Of a stretch of DNA of 64,000 nucleotides, positions 50,423 to 60,539 are shown in pieces (the stretch's first letter is position 1; each line of letters begins with the position of its first letter). Location: contig JAFSHF010000022.1 in the NCBI GenBank assembly GCA_017440465.1, forward strand, positions 159-64,158, given 5' to 3'. Position numbers and translations under genes: made by a program. The notes beneath the pieces were generated by a model, which was given only the letters and a program-made list of their open reading frames with translations, did not search any database and was not told where the DNA came from. The DNA comes from Clostridia bacterium (lineage in GTDB: Bacteria > Bacillota > Clostridia > Oscillospirales > QAKW01).

Positions 50423-51107
50423 CATCGTCCTCCAAAGCATCCAGAAGCAACTGCATCTTGAACCGCTCTTTTTCATCGGTCAAGGATACATCGTTATCGG
50501 CGATGCGGGTCACCTCGGCGGTCAAAAACGCATAGCCTGCCTCCTCCAACGCCACACGCACGGCGGAAAATGCCGCGGGAGCGGTAAGGATCTCAAAGGC
50601 ATCCCCTTCGCCGTCGAAATCATCGGCGCCGTTATCCAGCGCACACATCATCAGCTCGTCTTCATCCACATCTTCTTTATCGACGATCAACACGCCCGCT
50701 TCCTTAAACTGCCAAAGAACGCTGTTGGAAGCGCCGAGATTACCGCCGAATTTATCAAAATAATGGCGAAGATTGGCGGCAGTACGGTTGCGGTTATCGG
50801 TCAGGCAATCGACCACAACGGCGACACCGCCGGGGCCGTAGCCCTCATAGACCAGATTTTCATAGTTGCTGGTATCTCCCTCGCCCGCCGCCTTTTTGAT
50901 GGCGCGCTCGATATTATCGTTGGGAACATTGGCGGCCTTTGCCTTGGCGATCGCATCCGCCAGGCGGGAGTTGGCGGCGGGATTGGAGCCGCCCTCCTTG
51001 ACGATGACGCTGATCTCCCGCGCCATCTTGGTGAAGATCTTGGCGCGCTGGGCATCGGTCTTGCCCTTTTTATTTTGAATATTATGCCATTTAGAATGTC
51101 CGGACAT
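50385..51107 (-). CDS. yebC: YebC/PmpR-family protein
   Basis: MSGHSKWHNI, YEGYGPGG, TDNRNRT. Confidence 0.95.
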   Translation of the reverse strand: MSGHSKWHNIQNKKGKTDAQRAKIFTKMAREISVIVKEGGSNPAANSRLADAIAKAKAANVPNDNIERAIKKAAGEGDTSNYENLVYEGYGPGGVAVVVDCLTDNRNRTAANLRHYFDKFGGNLGASNSVLWQFKEAGVLIVDKEDVDEDELMMCALDNGADDFDGEGDAFEILTAPAAFSAVRVALEEAGYAFLTAEVTRIADNDVSLTDEKERFKMQLLLDALEDDDDVQKVAHNWAE

Positions 51108-51246
51108 TACAGTTTCGCTCCTTAAAAACAGATATTTTGACATTTTACAGTATAACACAATATATTTATAATTTCAACCCTGCTTTTAGTTGCAAAGCCT
51201 GCCAATTCCTGCTATAATGGATTTATCAAAAAGCGAGGTTATCATA

Positions 51247-51810
51247 ATGAAAAAATTTCAATTACCCAAAAATCTGCGCTATGCGCTGATCTTTTTCTTT
51301 GTTATCTTCTTCGCCGCGCTGGCAGGGCAACCCTTCCCCGAAGGTTATTTTCACCTTGCCGATCCCTTGGTGATGATGGCGGCGGCGGTATTGCCGCTCC
51401 CCCTTGCGCTGATCACCTCGGTCATCGCCTGTGTGGCGGTGGATTGCATCAAAGGCTATACCCTGCTTGCCCTCACCACAGCGATCGCAAAGATCCTGCT
51501 GATTCTGGCGGTCAAAGGCTTATTAAAGCTTCCTGCCGCCCAAAAATTCCCCGATCTCATCGCCGCTCCTGCGGCACTTCTTTCCATCCTCTGCAACTAT
51601 CTGGGCTGTGCCGCTGTTTATTTCTATACCGCGTTTTCCGGTGAAACGTCCATCGCAAAGCAACTTAGCACAGCGCTTTCCTATGCAACCCGCGTCTTGC
51701 AAAAAGAAACCGTTCAGGCACTCTTGGGTGTTTTGCTCTTCGTTCTCCTTTACGGAGTCTATAAAAAAATGAAAGAGCGCAGAGCCAAAAAACCAACCGA
51801 CGAAGAATAA
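51247..51810 (+). CDS. ECF transporter S-component-like membrane protein
   Basis: GYFHLAD motif, about 5 TMs. Confidence 0.65.
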   Translation: MKKFQLPKNLRYALIFFFVIFFAALAGQPFPEGYFHLADPLVMMAAAVLPLPLALITSVIACVAVDCIKGYTLLALTTAIAKILLILAVKGLLKLPAAQKFPDLIAAPAALLSILCNYLGCAAVYFYTAFSGETSIAKQLSTALSYATRVLQKETVQALLGVLLFVLLYGVYKKMKERRAKKPTDEE

Positions 51811-51839
51811 AAATAATCCCCACAAATGTGGGGATTTTT

Positions 51840-53177
51840 TTATTCTAAAGTCTCTTCATCCGATGGGATCTCTTCCGGATCTTCTTCCATCGGTTCGTCC
51901 TCTACGATTGGCTCATCCTCTACGGTCGGATCGTCCTCGACGATGGGTTCATCCTCTACGATGGGTTCGTCCTCCACGATGGGTTCGTCCTCCACGATGG
52001 GTTCGTCCTCCACGATGGGTTCGTCCTCCACGATAGGTTCGTCCTCTACGGTCGGTTCATCCTCTACGATGGGTTCTTCCTCTTCTTGGGGAGAACTCTC
52101 GGTATGAGCACCCGAACCGAAATACCAGCGGGTGAGATCCACGCCGTTTTCTTCGATATATTGTTCAAAAGAAACGTCCTCAAAAATAAAGGCGTTCATC
52201 TGCTTTGCGGCATAGTCCAGATTATAATAGCAGCAGGAACCCAAGCCGGGAACATTCATACCGTATTCGATCATAATATCAAAGGAGGGCATCCGCGCCT
52301 CTTTAAATTGCAGGCCCTCATTGACCAAAATGCCCGCAAGTTCAAAGATCTCATCATAATCCAGCGAGGTCTCCATATAGGGGATCAACGCCTTGATCAG
52401 GCGGGGATATTGGGTCGCTCGCATTGAAAGTGCCTTATCAAACATCTGGCGCATCACCAGCCGTTGCCGCTCGGTGCGGCCGGGGTCGTTATTGGTGCCG
52501 TTGACGGTCGCCACCTTGCGGATGCGGGAAAACGCCACCGCCTGCACCCCATTGAGTTTCTGCACTCCCGCCTGCTCGATATAATCCTCGGCGGTGCCGC
52601 GTTCGCGGTGCATCGAACGGATATGAATATTCGCATTTCGAACCTCGGCTTCGGTCAGTTCCACCTCGATGCCGCCCACCGCCTCGATGATCTCCGCCAT
52701 TCCGACGAAATCGACGGTGGCATAATCGGTAATGTTCAGATCAAAGGTCTGGTTGAGGGTCTTGATCGCCAGCGGCGCACCGCCTAAATTATAGGCGGCG
52801 TTGATCTTTTGATGGCCGAAGCCCTCCACCTCTACCAAGCTATCTCGCATCACCGAGATGATCTTGATATCGTTATGAACGGCATCAATGGAGACGATCA
52901 TAATGGAATCGGAAAGACCGCGAAAACTATCGTTGCGCGCGTCGATGCCGAATAATGCAATGTTGGTAATTCCGTCGGGGGCGTCCATCGCCAATTCGGC
53001 GCTGATGCCAAGTTCTTCGTGATTCAATTTTACTTTATTATAACGAAAACTGTTGATGATCTCCATCACACCGCAACCCGCCATTGTAAGCAGGACGGCG
53101 ATCAAGATCATCGGAACAATAAATACCCGCAGTTTTCCTCGGGGGTCTTTCCATCTCATTCTTCGTTTTACCCTCAT
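51840..53177 (-). CDS. LCP (LytR-CpsA-Psr) family protein with acidic repeat tail
   Basis: SDSIM, RDS, KINAAY, RTERQR; start may be 53159. Confidence 0.88.
   Translation of the reverse strand: MRVKRRMRWKDPRGKLRVFIVPMILIAVLLTMAGCGVMEIINSFRYNKVKLNHEELGISAELAMDAPDGITNIALFGIDARNDSFRGLSDSIMIVSIDAVHNDIKIISVMRDSLVEVEGFGHQKINAAYNLGGAPLAIKTLNQTFDLNITDYATVDFVGMAEIIEAVGGIEVELTEAEVRNANIHIRSMHRERGTAEDYIEQAGVQKLNGVQAVAFSRIRKVATVNGTNNDPGRTERQRLVMRQMFDKALSMRATQYPRLIKALIPYMETSLDYDEIFELAGILVNEGLQFKEARMPSFDIMIEYGMNVPGLGSCCYYNLDYAAKQMNAFIFEDVSFEQYIEENGVDLTRWYFGSGAHTESSPQEEEEPIVEDEPTVEDEPIVEDEPIVEDEPIVEDEPIVEDEPIVEDEPIVEDDPTVEDEPIVEDEPMEEDPEEIPSDEETLE
51889..52083 (-). repeat. Coding 18-bp tandem repeat, ~11 copies (VEDEPI)
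   Basis: Plus-strand ATGGGTTCGTCCTCYACG-like units. Confidence 0.9.
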
Positions 53178-53453
53178 AAGGTGGCAAGAATAATCCGCAC
53201 CTGTTTTAAAAAGGCGGATTTCCGCTCACCCATCGTTAAAATACTCGCCAATGCGGCAGCATTGGCTGCGTTTTGTGCCTTGATTGAACGCAAATCCGCT
53301 CTTTTTAAAATCTCCGACCTCAAAGCGAGGAGATTTCGAGGGATTTTTGCTCTATCTTTTATGCAGATCGGCTGCCGCCGATCAAATGAAAATAAGCGAA
53401 AAGCACCGAAATGTCCCGCTTTGAGACAGATTCGGATTACTCTTGCCACCTTA
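53177..53453. mobile_element. MITE-like element (~277 bp) with ~34-bp imperfect terminal inverted repeats
   Basis: TAAGGTGGCAAGAATAATCCGCACCTGTTTTAAA vs reverse complement of the right end TAAGGTGGCAAGAGTAATCCGAATCTGTCTCAAA; TA at both ends; no transposase. Confidence 0.65.
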
Positions 53454-55601
53454 GATCTTCATGGTCAAGCCGATGCGGCTCTTTTTCAGATCCACCGAAA
53501 GGACCTTGACCTTAACAATATCGCCCACCTTCAACACTTCGCCGGGATGGCGGATATAGCGGTCGCAGATCTGGGAGATATGCACCAAGCCGTCCTCATG
53601 GACACCGATATCGACAAACGCACCGAAATCGATGACATTACGAACCGTCCCCTGCAGCAACATTCCCTCCCGCAGGTCTTCCATCTTCAAAACATCGGTC
53701 TTCAAAATGGGGCGGGGCAGTTCATCGCGGGGATCGCGGCCGGGTTTTTGCAGGAAGGAAGCGATATCCACCAAGGTGGGCAAGCCAATGCCCAGCTCCT
53801 CCGCCAGCTTTGCTCCGCCGGTGCCTTCGGTGAATTTAGAGATGCCCGAGACCGCACCGTTTTTGAGATCTTCAGCCGAGTAGCCGCACTTTTGCAAAAA
53901 CAGCCGCGCGGCAGGGTAACTTTCGGGGTGGACGGCGGTATTATCCAGCGGTTCGTCTCCGCCGGAGACCCGCAAAAAGCCCGCGCACTGCTCATAGGCT
54001 TTGGGGCCCAATTTGGCCACCTTCAGCAGTTCCTTGCGGGAGCGGAACGCGCCCTTTTCTTCCCGATAGGCAACGATGTTTTTTGCGATGGAGGAATTGA
54101 TGCCTGCCACCTGCGCCAATAGCGGTGCGCTGGCGGTATTGAGTTCCACACCCACCGAGTTGACGCAGTCTTCCACCACACCGCCCAGGGCTTCCCCTAA
54201 GCGGGCTTTGGGCATATCGTGCTGATACTGCCCGACGCCGATGGATTTGGGATCGATCTTGACCAACTCCGCCAAGGGATCCTGCAAGCGGCGGGCAATA
54301 GAGACCGCCGACCGCAGAGAAACATCAAATTGGGGAAATTCTTCCGCCGCCAATTTAGAAGCGGAATAGACCGAAGCCCCTGCTTCGTTGACAATGACAT
54401 AATGCACCGGTGTATCCAATTCGCGGATCATCTCCGCCACAAACTGCTCCGATTCGCGGGAGGCGGTGCCGTTGCCGATGCTGATGAGGCTGACGTTATG
54501 CTTTTTGATCAGCGCCTTTAATTTTACCTTTGCCTCTTCTGTTTTATTTTGGGGCGGAGTGGGATAGACCACGGTGGTATCCAAGACCTTACCGGTGGCA
54601 TCCACCACCGCGATCTTGCAACCGGTGCGGTAGGCAGGGTCCAACCCCAAGGTCACCATATCTTTAATGGGCGGCTGCATCAGCAGATGCCGCAGGTTGA
54701 CCGAAAAGACGCCCATCGCCTGCTCCTGCGCCCGCTCACTCATGGTGTTGCGGATCTCCCGTTCCATCGAAGGGTCGATCAAGCGGTTAAAGGCATCGGC
54801 GGCGGCTTCGGAAACCTGCGCCGCACTTTTGGACTCATTCTTCACATACGCCTTTTCCAAGATGGCGACAGCGGCGGTTTCATCCACCTTGATCTTGACT
54901 CTTAAGATCTCTTCCGCCTCGCCGCGGTTGAGCGCCAAAATGCGATGGCCGGGGATCTTGCGCACCAATTCCTCAAAGGCATAGTACATCGCAAAAACGC
55001 CCTTTTCATCCTTACTGTCGGCGATCTGCTCGGAAGTGACCATCGCCTCTTTCAAGTAGAATGCACGCAGGCGGCGGCGCATCTCGGCATCATCGGAGAT
55101 GGTCTCGGCGATGATATCGCGGGCGCCCTGCAGCGCATCTTCAGCGGTGGGAACTTCCTGCTCCTCGTTGATATAATTTGCCGCTTCGGCAAGGGGATCC
55201 AAGGCGGGATCCTGCTCCAAAATCGCCAATGCCAACGGCTCCAAGCCCCGCGCCTTTGCCTTGCCTGCGCGGGTCTGCTTTTTCTGCTTATAGGGGCGGT
55301 AGAGATCCTCCACCTCCGCCAAGGTAGCGGCGGCATCGATCTGCGCCTGAAGTTCCTCGGTCATCTTTTCCTGGGCAACGATGGCGGCGCAGACTTCTTC
55401 TTTGCGCTTGATCAGATTGCGCAGGTAGGTCAGCCGATCGGAAAGGGCGCGCAGCACCTGATCGTCCAATCCGCCGGTCGCTTCCTTACGGTAGCGGGCG
55501 ATGAAAGGGATGGTGTTGCCGTCGTCCATCAACGCCACCGCGGCGGCGACCTGCGTTTCTTTGATTTTTAATTCTTGAGCAAGGGTCTTATTGATATCCA
55601 T
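53451..55601 (-). CDS. tex: Tex-family RNA-binding transcription accessory protein
   Basis: TIPFIARYRKEATG, DPAYRTGCK, IGVGQYQHD, C-terminal S1 domain. Confidence 0.95.
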   Translation of the reverse strand: MDINKTLAQELKIKETQVAAAVALMDDGNTIPFIARYRKEATGGLDDQVLRALSDRLTYLRNLIKRKEEVCAAIVAQEKMTEELQAQIDAAATLAEVEDLYRPYKQKKQTRAGKAKARGLEPLALAILEQDPALDPLAEAANYINEEQEVPTAEDALQGARDIIAETISDDAEMRRRLRAFYLKEAMVTSEQIADSKDEKGVFAMYYAFEELVRKIPGHRILALNRGEAEEILRVKIKVDETAAVAILEKAYVKNESKSAAQVSEAAADAFNRLIDPSMEREIRNTMSERAQEQAMGVFSVNLRHLLMQPPIKDMVTLGLDPAYRTGCKIAVVDATGKVLDTTVVYPTPPQNKTEEAKVKLKALIKKHNVSLISIGNGTASRESEQFVAEMIRELDTPVHYVIVNEAGASVYSASKLAAEEFPQFDVSLRSAVSIARRLQDPLAELVKIDPKSIGVGQYQHDMPKARLGEALGGVVEDCVNSVGVELNTASAPLLAQVAGINSSIAKNIVAYREEKGAFRSRKELLKVAKLGPKAYEQCAGFLRVSGGDEPLDNTAVHPESYPAARLFLQKCGYSAEDLKNGAVSGISKFTEGTGGAKLAEELGIGLPTLVDIASFLQKPGRDPRDELPRPILKTDVLKMEDLREGMLLQGTVRNVIDFGAFVDIGVHEDGLVHISQICDRYIRHPGEVLKVGDIVKVKVLSVDLKKSRIGLTMKI

Positions 55602-55653
55602 TTAAATCTCCTATGGTGAAAATGTCGAAACAGCGATGCTGTTTCGACATTCA

Positions 55654-57138
55654 TTATGCGTGATAAAGTTTTTTCGTCTGATAGCGGGGTTCGCAGGTGA
55701 GGTTGACCCCCAACTTGCGGAAGGTTTGCTCGTCCACGCGGGAGAGGATGACCGAAGAATGGGCCTCCAAGCCCTTAAGTTTTTCCAACTGATCCATCGC
55801 CAGCTTGGCGCGTTCATCGGTAGCGGCGCAGATGGAAAGGGCGATCAGCACCTCATCGGTATGCAGCCGCGGGTTATGGTTGCCCAGAACACCGGTCTTC
55901 ATCCGCTGGATCGGCTCGATAATGGTGGGTGAAAGAAGCTGAACCTCATCGGGGATATCGCCCAACACCTTCAATACATTCAGAAGCATCGACGAAGAAG
56001 CACCCAGCAGGGAGCTGGTCTTGCCGGTGATGATCCGCCCGTCCTCCAATTCAATGGCGGTGGCGGGAGCGCCGGTGGCCTCTGCTTTTTCTACCGCGGC
56101 GGCGGCCACAGGGCGATCGGCGACCGAGATCTGCAGTTGGTTCATCAACAGTTCGATCTTGGAGACCTCGCTCTGCTCGCTGTTGCCCTGCCGCACTGCG
56201 CTGAGGGCGGCATAATAGCGGCGGATGATCTCCTGATTGGCGGCGGCGCGCACCGCCTCATCGTCGCTGATGGCGCAGCCTGCCATATTGACCCCCATAT
56301 CGGTGGGGCTCTTATAAGGGGATTGACCCATGATCCGCTCCATCATCGCGTTGACCACAGGGAAAATCTCCACATCGCGGTTATAGTTGATCGCGGTTTC
56401 ACCGTAGGCTTCCAGATGGAAGGGGTCGATCATATTCACATCGTCCAGATCGGCGGTAGCCGCTTCATAGGCCACATTGACCGGATGCTTTAAGGGAATA
56501 TTCCAGATGGGGAAGGTCTCAAATTTCGCATAGCCCGCTTTGATGCCCCGCTTTTGCTCGTGATAGAGCTGGGATAAGCAGGTGGCCATCTTGCCGCTGC
56601 CGGGGCCGGGGCCGGTGACAACGATCAGTTTGCGGGTGGTTTCGATAAAATCATTTTTTCCAAACCCTTCATCGCTGACGATCAAGGGAATATTGGAGGG
56701 GTATTCGGGAATGGTATAATGGCGATAGACCTTGATGCCGAGATTGATCAGCCGCTTTTCAAAAGCCACCGCCAAGGGTTGCTCGGTCCAGCGGGTGATG
56801 ACCACGCTGCCCACATATAAACCGATGCCGCGGAAGGCATCGATCAGCCGCAGGGTATCCAGATCATAGGTGATGCCCAGATCGCCGCGGCGCTTATTCT
56901 TTTCGATGGCGTTGGCATCGATGGCGATGACGATCTCTGCATCGTCCTTCAATTCCAAAAGCATCTTGACCTTGGAATCGGGCTTAAAGCCGGGGAGCAC
57001 CCGCGAAGCGTGAAAATCGTCAAACAACTTGCCGCCGAATTCCATATAGAGCTTATCGCCGAACATCGCAATGCGGTCGCGGATATTCTGCGACTGCAAG
57101 CGGACGTATTCTGCATTATCGAAACCCATCTTTGCCAT
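55654..57138 (-). CDS. DUF1846-family protein
   Basis: LYMEFGGKLFDDFHASRVLPGF, GPGSGK, YAKFETFP. Confidence 0.9.
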   Translation of the reverse strand: MAKMGFDNAEYVRLQSQNIRDRIAMFGDKLYMEFGGKLFDDFHASRVLPGFKPDSKVKMLLELKDDAEIVIAIDANAIEKNKRRGDLGITYDLDTLRLIDAFRGIGLYVGSVVITRWTEQPLAVAFEKRLINLGIKVYRHYTIPEYPSNIPLIVSDEGFGKNDFIETTRKLIVVTGPGPGSGKMATCLSQLYHEQKRGIKAGYAKFETFPIWNIPLKHPVNVAYEAATADLDDVNMIDPFHLEAYGETAINYNRDVEIFPVVNAMMERIMGQSPYKSPTDMGVNMAGCAISDDEAVRAAANQEIIRRYYAALSAVRQGNSEQSEVSKIELLMNQLQISVADRPVAAAAVEKAEATGAPATAIELEDGRIITGKTSSLLGASSSMLLNVLKVLGDIPDEVQLLSPTIIEPIQRMKTGVLGNHNPRLHTDEVLIALSICAATDERAKLAMDQLEKLKGLEAHSSVILSRVDEQTFRKLGVNLTCEPRYQTKKLYHA

Positions 57139-57310
57139 AAAAACACCCCTTCTTGTTTTTAATTGCTAAAATACCAATCAATAAAATATTATAACTAATT
57201 TCAACCCATCTTTCAAGGGCATTTTTATATTTTTCGCAAAAAGAAAGAGAAGGTTTACAAACAAATTCCCATTCGGTATAATAAAAATATAAACGATAAA
57301 GGAGAAAACT

Positions 57311-58081
57311 ATGAAAATTGCAGTGATTACCGGTGCCTCCAGCGGGATGGGGCGGGAATTTGCGGTTCAGCTCGCCGCCCAAGAACAATTCGATGAATTT
57401 TGGATCATCGCCCGCCGCGAAACGCGACTGGAAGAATTAAAGAAGGAACTTTCCGTCCCCTGCCGCGTCCTCCCGATGGATCTCACCGATGAAGCGGCGC
57501 TGGAGAGTTATAGTCTGCTCTTAAAGCAGGAACAGCCGGAGGTCTCCCTGCTGATCAATGCCGGTGGCTTTGGGCGGTTCGGACGCTACGATCAGATCCC
57601 CTTGGAGGATTGCATGGATATGATCGATCTCAACTGCAAGGCACTGGTCTCTATGACCCAGCGCACTCTGCCCTATATCCCCGACGGCGGGCGGATCCTG
57701 CAGGTGGATTCCCTTTCCGCTTTCCAGCCGGTACCCTATCTCAATGTTTATGCCGCCACCAAAGCCTTTGTTCTAAGCTATTCCCGCGCGCTCAAGGCAG
57801 AGCTCAAGGACCGCAACATTCAGGTTTTGGCCTTCTGCCCCGGCTGGGTCACCACCGAGTTTTTCGACCACGCCTACCTCACCGGCAAAGAAGCAGTCAC
57901 CTATTATAACAAAGTCTTTACCGCCGAGCAGGTGGTCAAGGACGCGCTCAATGCCTTAAAGAAGGGCAAGGACGTCTGCGTTCCGAGTTGGCAGAATAAA
58001 TTGCAGGTGCTTGGGGTGAAACTCTTACCAACCAAGCTGGTCATCAAGGTCTGGATGAAGCAACAAAAACATAAATCATAA
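57311..58081 (+). CDS. Short-chain dehydrogenase/reductase
   Basis: TGASSGMG, NAGG, YAATK. Confidence 0.92.
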   Translation: MKIAVITGASSGMGREFAVQLAAQEQFDEFWIIARRETRLEELKKELSVPCRVLPMDLTDEAALESYSLLLKQEQPEVSLLINAGGFGRFGRYDQIPLEDCMDMIDLNCKALVSMTQRTLPYIPDGGRILQVDSLSAFQPVPYLNVYAATKAFVLSYSRALKAELKDRNIQVLAFCPGWVTTEFFDHAYLTGKEAVTYYNKVFTAEQVVKDALNALKKGKDVCVPSWQNKLQVLGVKLLPTKLVIKVWMKQQKHKS

Positions 58082-58118
58082 AAAATGCCGCAGTTTTCAA
58101 AAACTGCGGCTTTTCATT

Positions 58119-58985
58119 TTAATCTTCAATTTTAAAGATTTTTTTAATCTCATCATCGATGACCGGCGGAATTTCCTCCAGCTTTTCGGGATGCGCCATA
58201 TAATCCTGGAACCGACGGAACGCCAATGCAAAATAACTTCCGCTGGCGATCCGCTCATCCATAACGATGCCCAGGGGCATACATTTTTCGTGGATGATCT
58301 CGCCGCCCTTGCGCTTGGGAACTTCGCGGTTGATACCCATCGCCATCGCCACCGAGGTGGTGCCGAATTCATAGATATGATGGTAGATGGCATTGGTACG
58401 GATGCTGGCAAGATCGGTAATGACCAACGAAATATGGAAGGGGCTCATATCGATGATGCTCTTGGGAAGCATTCCGTGCTTATCCATCCAGCGAAAGATC
58501 TTGACACCGCCCCGCAGCAAGCCGGGGAGAGAGAGCAAGGCGCTGATGATCTTTTCGGTACCGTTATCGGGGTTTTCCTTGCGGTTTTCGTCGATATACT
58601 CCGTCAGCCGCTCCTGCACCTTATACACATTATCGGTGGGTTGGAAATAGATCTTACTCATGGTTCCGCTTTGGGTGATATCGCCGCCCTGCAGCACCAC
58701 CATCCCGACCGCAATTTCATTGCGGGCATAGAAATTACTGTTTACTACAAAATGGTTGAGTTTCGGAAATTCATCGATAACGCGGATATACGCCGCCAGC
58801 AACACCGCCAGCCGCGAGATCTTCATCCCTTCGTCCCGCTTGCGGTGAACATACGCCGCCACCGGATCCACCGGGATATCGATGGTGATCATATTCATCG
58901 AGTCCACCCGCTTATCCATCACGTGCGCCGCGACGGTATACATCGGGTCGGTAATCTTCAGCCGAATTCCGTCTTTTCTTTTCAT
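58119..58985 (-). CDS. Stand-alone 2-oxoacid dehydrogenase acyltransferase catalytic-domain-like protein
   Basis: FPKLN, ITDLAS, MDERIASG (DHR-like). Confidence 0.75.
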   Translation of the reverse strand: MKRKDGIRLKITDPMYTVAAHVMDKRVDSMNMITIDIPVDPVAAYVHRKRDEGMKISRLAVLLAAYIRVIDEFPKLNHFVVNSNFYARNEIAVGMVVLQGGDITQSGTMSKIYFQPTDNVYKVQERLTEYIDENRKENPDNGTEKIISALLSLPGLLRGGVKIFRWMDKHGMLPKSIIDMSPFHISLVITDLASIRTNAIYHHIYEFGTTSVAMAMGINREVPKRKGGEIIHEKCMPLGIVMDERIASGSYFALAFRRFQDYMAHPEKLEEIPPVIDDEIKKIFKIED

Positions 58986-59154
58986 AAATTTTCCCCCATT
59001 ATGAATAATGCACTTTTATTATACAGGATTTTATCGCATTAGGCAAGAAAAATGTCGAAATGTGAAAAATTTCTAATTTTTCTTGCCCTTGATTTTCCAT
59101 ATATATCTTGTTATAATTTGAAGGAAATTTTGACTTTTACAAAAGGGATAACAT

Positions 59155-60048
59155 ATGAAACAAATTCGCAACAACCTATTCCCCATATTAGCGGCGATGA
59201 TCTGGGGCTCTGCCTTTGTCGCCCAGAGTGTGGGCGCGGAATATTTTCCGCCCTTTGCCTTCAACGCGGTGCGCTCCTGCATCGCCACCGTTGCTTTGCT
59301 GGTGGTGGTCATTCTTTTTGCCAAGGTGCGTAAAGAGTCCATCCTTCCCGCGAAAGAGCAGTGCAAAGCCCTGCTGATCGGCGGGCTCTGTTGCGGCGGG
59401 GTGCTGTCCTGTGCCTCTGCTTTGCAGCAGGCGGGGCTGGGCGAGACCGATCCCGGCAAGGCAGGGTTCATCACCGCCCTTTATATCGTCTTGGTCCCCA
59501 TCGCTTCCCTCTTTTTCAAGAAACGCGCCCCGCTCACTGTCTGGGGTGCGGTCATCCTTGCGGCGGCGGGCTTATATTTCCTTTGCATCGATCCTTCAAA
59601 GTCCTTTCAGATCCAATCAAGCGATCTGCTTTTGATCGGCTGCGCCATCTGCTTCACCGCCCACATTTTGGTGGTGGATCATTTCACCCAAAAGGTCGAT
59701 GGCGTCAAACTCTCGCTGATGCAGTTTTTCTTTACCGCGGTCTTTTCGGGCATTTTAATGCTCTTTTTTGAGCGACCCGATTGGAGCCTTTTGCCCCTTT
59801 GCACCATCCCCCTGCTCTATACCGGTGTCCTTTCCAGCGGGGTGGCCTATACCCTGCAGATCTTGGCGCAAAAGGATGCCAATCCCAGCGTTGTATCTCT
59901 TCTGCTGAGTCTGGAATCGGTCTTTGCGGTGTTGGCAGGCTTGCTCTTCGGCGATCGGATGAGCGGTTGGGAATGGCTGGGGTGCGGCTTGATGCTGATC
60001 GCGGTTGTTATCGCCCAGCTCCCGCCCTTGACAAAAAGCAAAAAATAG
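59155..60048 (+). CDS. DMT/EamA-family transporter
   Basis: IWGSAFVAQ, KAGFITALY, SLESVF; 10 TMs. Confidence 0.9.
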   Translation: MKQIRNNLFPILAAMIWGSAFVAQSVGAEYFPPFAFNAVRSCIATVALLVVVILFAKVRKESILPAKEQCKALLIGGLCCGGVLSCASALQQAGLGETDPGKAGFITALYIVLVPIASLFFKKRAPLTVWGAVILAAAGLYFLCIDPSKSFQIQSSDLLLIGCAICFTAHILVVDHFTQKVDGVKLSLMQFFFTAVFSGILMLFFERPDWSLLPLCTIPLLYTGVLSSGVAYTLQILAQKDANPSVVSLLLSLESVFAVLAGLLFGDRMSGWEWLGCGLMLIAVVIAQLPPLTKSKK

Positions 60049-60107
60049 TGTAAAATTACACTTGAGCGATTTTGCGTTGCTCGAATCTGAAAACCAGAGG
60101 TGATTGC

Positions 60108-60539
60108 ATGACGCGCGAAGCCTTCATTGCCCTTTGCGACCGCAAAGAAAAGCTGGTCCGCAATGAGCTGGGCTACAGTCAGGAAAAAATGAGTTCCCTG
60201 CTCGGCGTATCCAAAAAGACCTTAGTTGAAATCGAAAAATGGCGCTCTTCGCTGGGTTGGCAGGGTGCTGTCACTCTATGCACATTATTTGCAAATACCC
60301 GCGAGATCACCCTCGCCTTCGGCACCGATATTCCTGCCTTTCTGCGGGCAATGACCGAGGATGCCGCCTATCTTGCGCCGGTGGAATCTCCCTATGCGCT
60401 TTGGAATACCATTTTGCAGCTGGACGGAGCAACCATCGAGCAAAATACCGCCAGTCAATTGTATCGCCTGCGGGCAGGCGGGAAGACTTTGGCCGCCTCT
60501 TTTGAATTGGCAGAATTGAGAAAGAGGTGCAATGTATGA
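60108..60539 (+). CDS. XRE-family HTH protein
   Basis: KLVRNELGYSQEKMSSLLGVSKKTLVEIEK. Confidence 0.8.
   Translation: MTREAFIALCDRKEKLVRNELGYSQEKMSSLLGVSKKTLVEIEKWRSSLGWQGAVTLCTLFANTREITLAFGTDIPAFLRAMTEDAAYLAPVESPYALWNTILQLDGATIEQNTASQLYRLRAGGKTLAASFELAELRKRCNV

Noticed and set aside
53019-54122. 367-aa plus-strand ORF and other long antisense ORFs (e.g. 39422-40633, 61557-62732, 63212-63904)
   Set aside because: Shadow frames opposite well-supported genes in GC-rich sequence; no motifs
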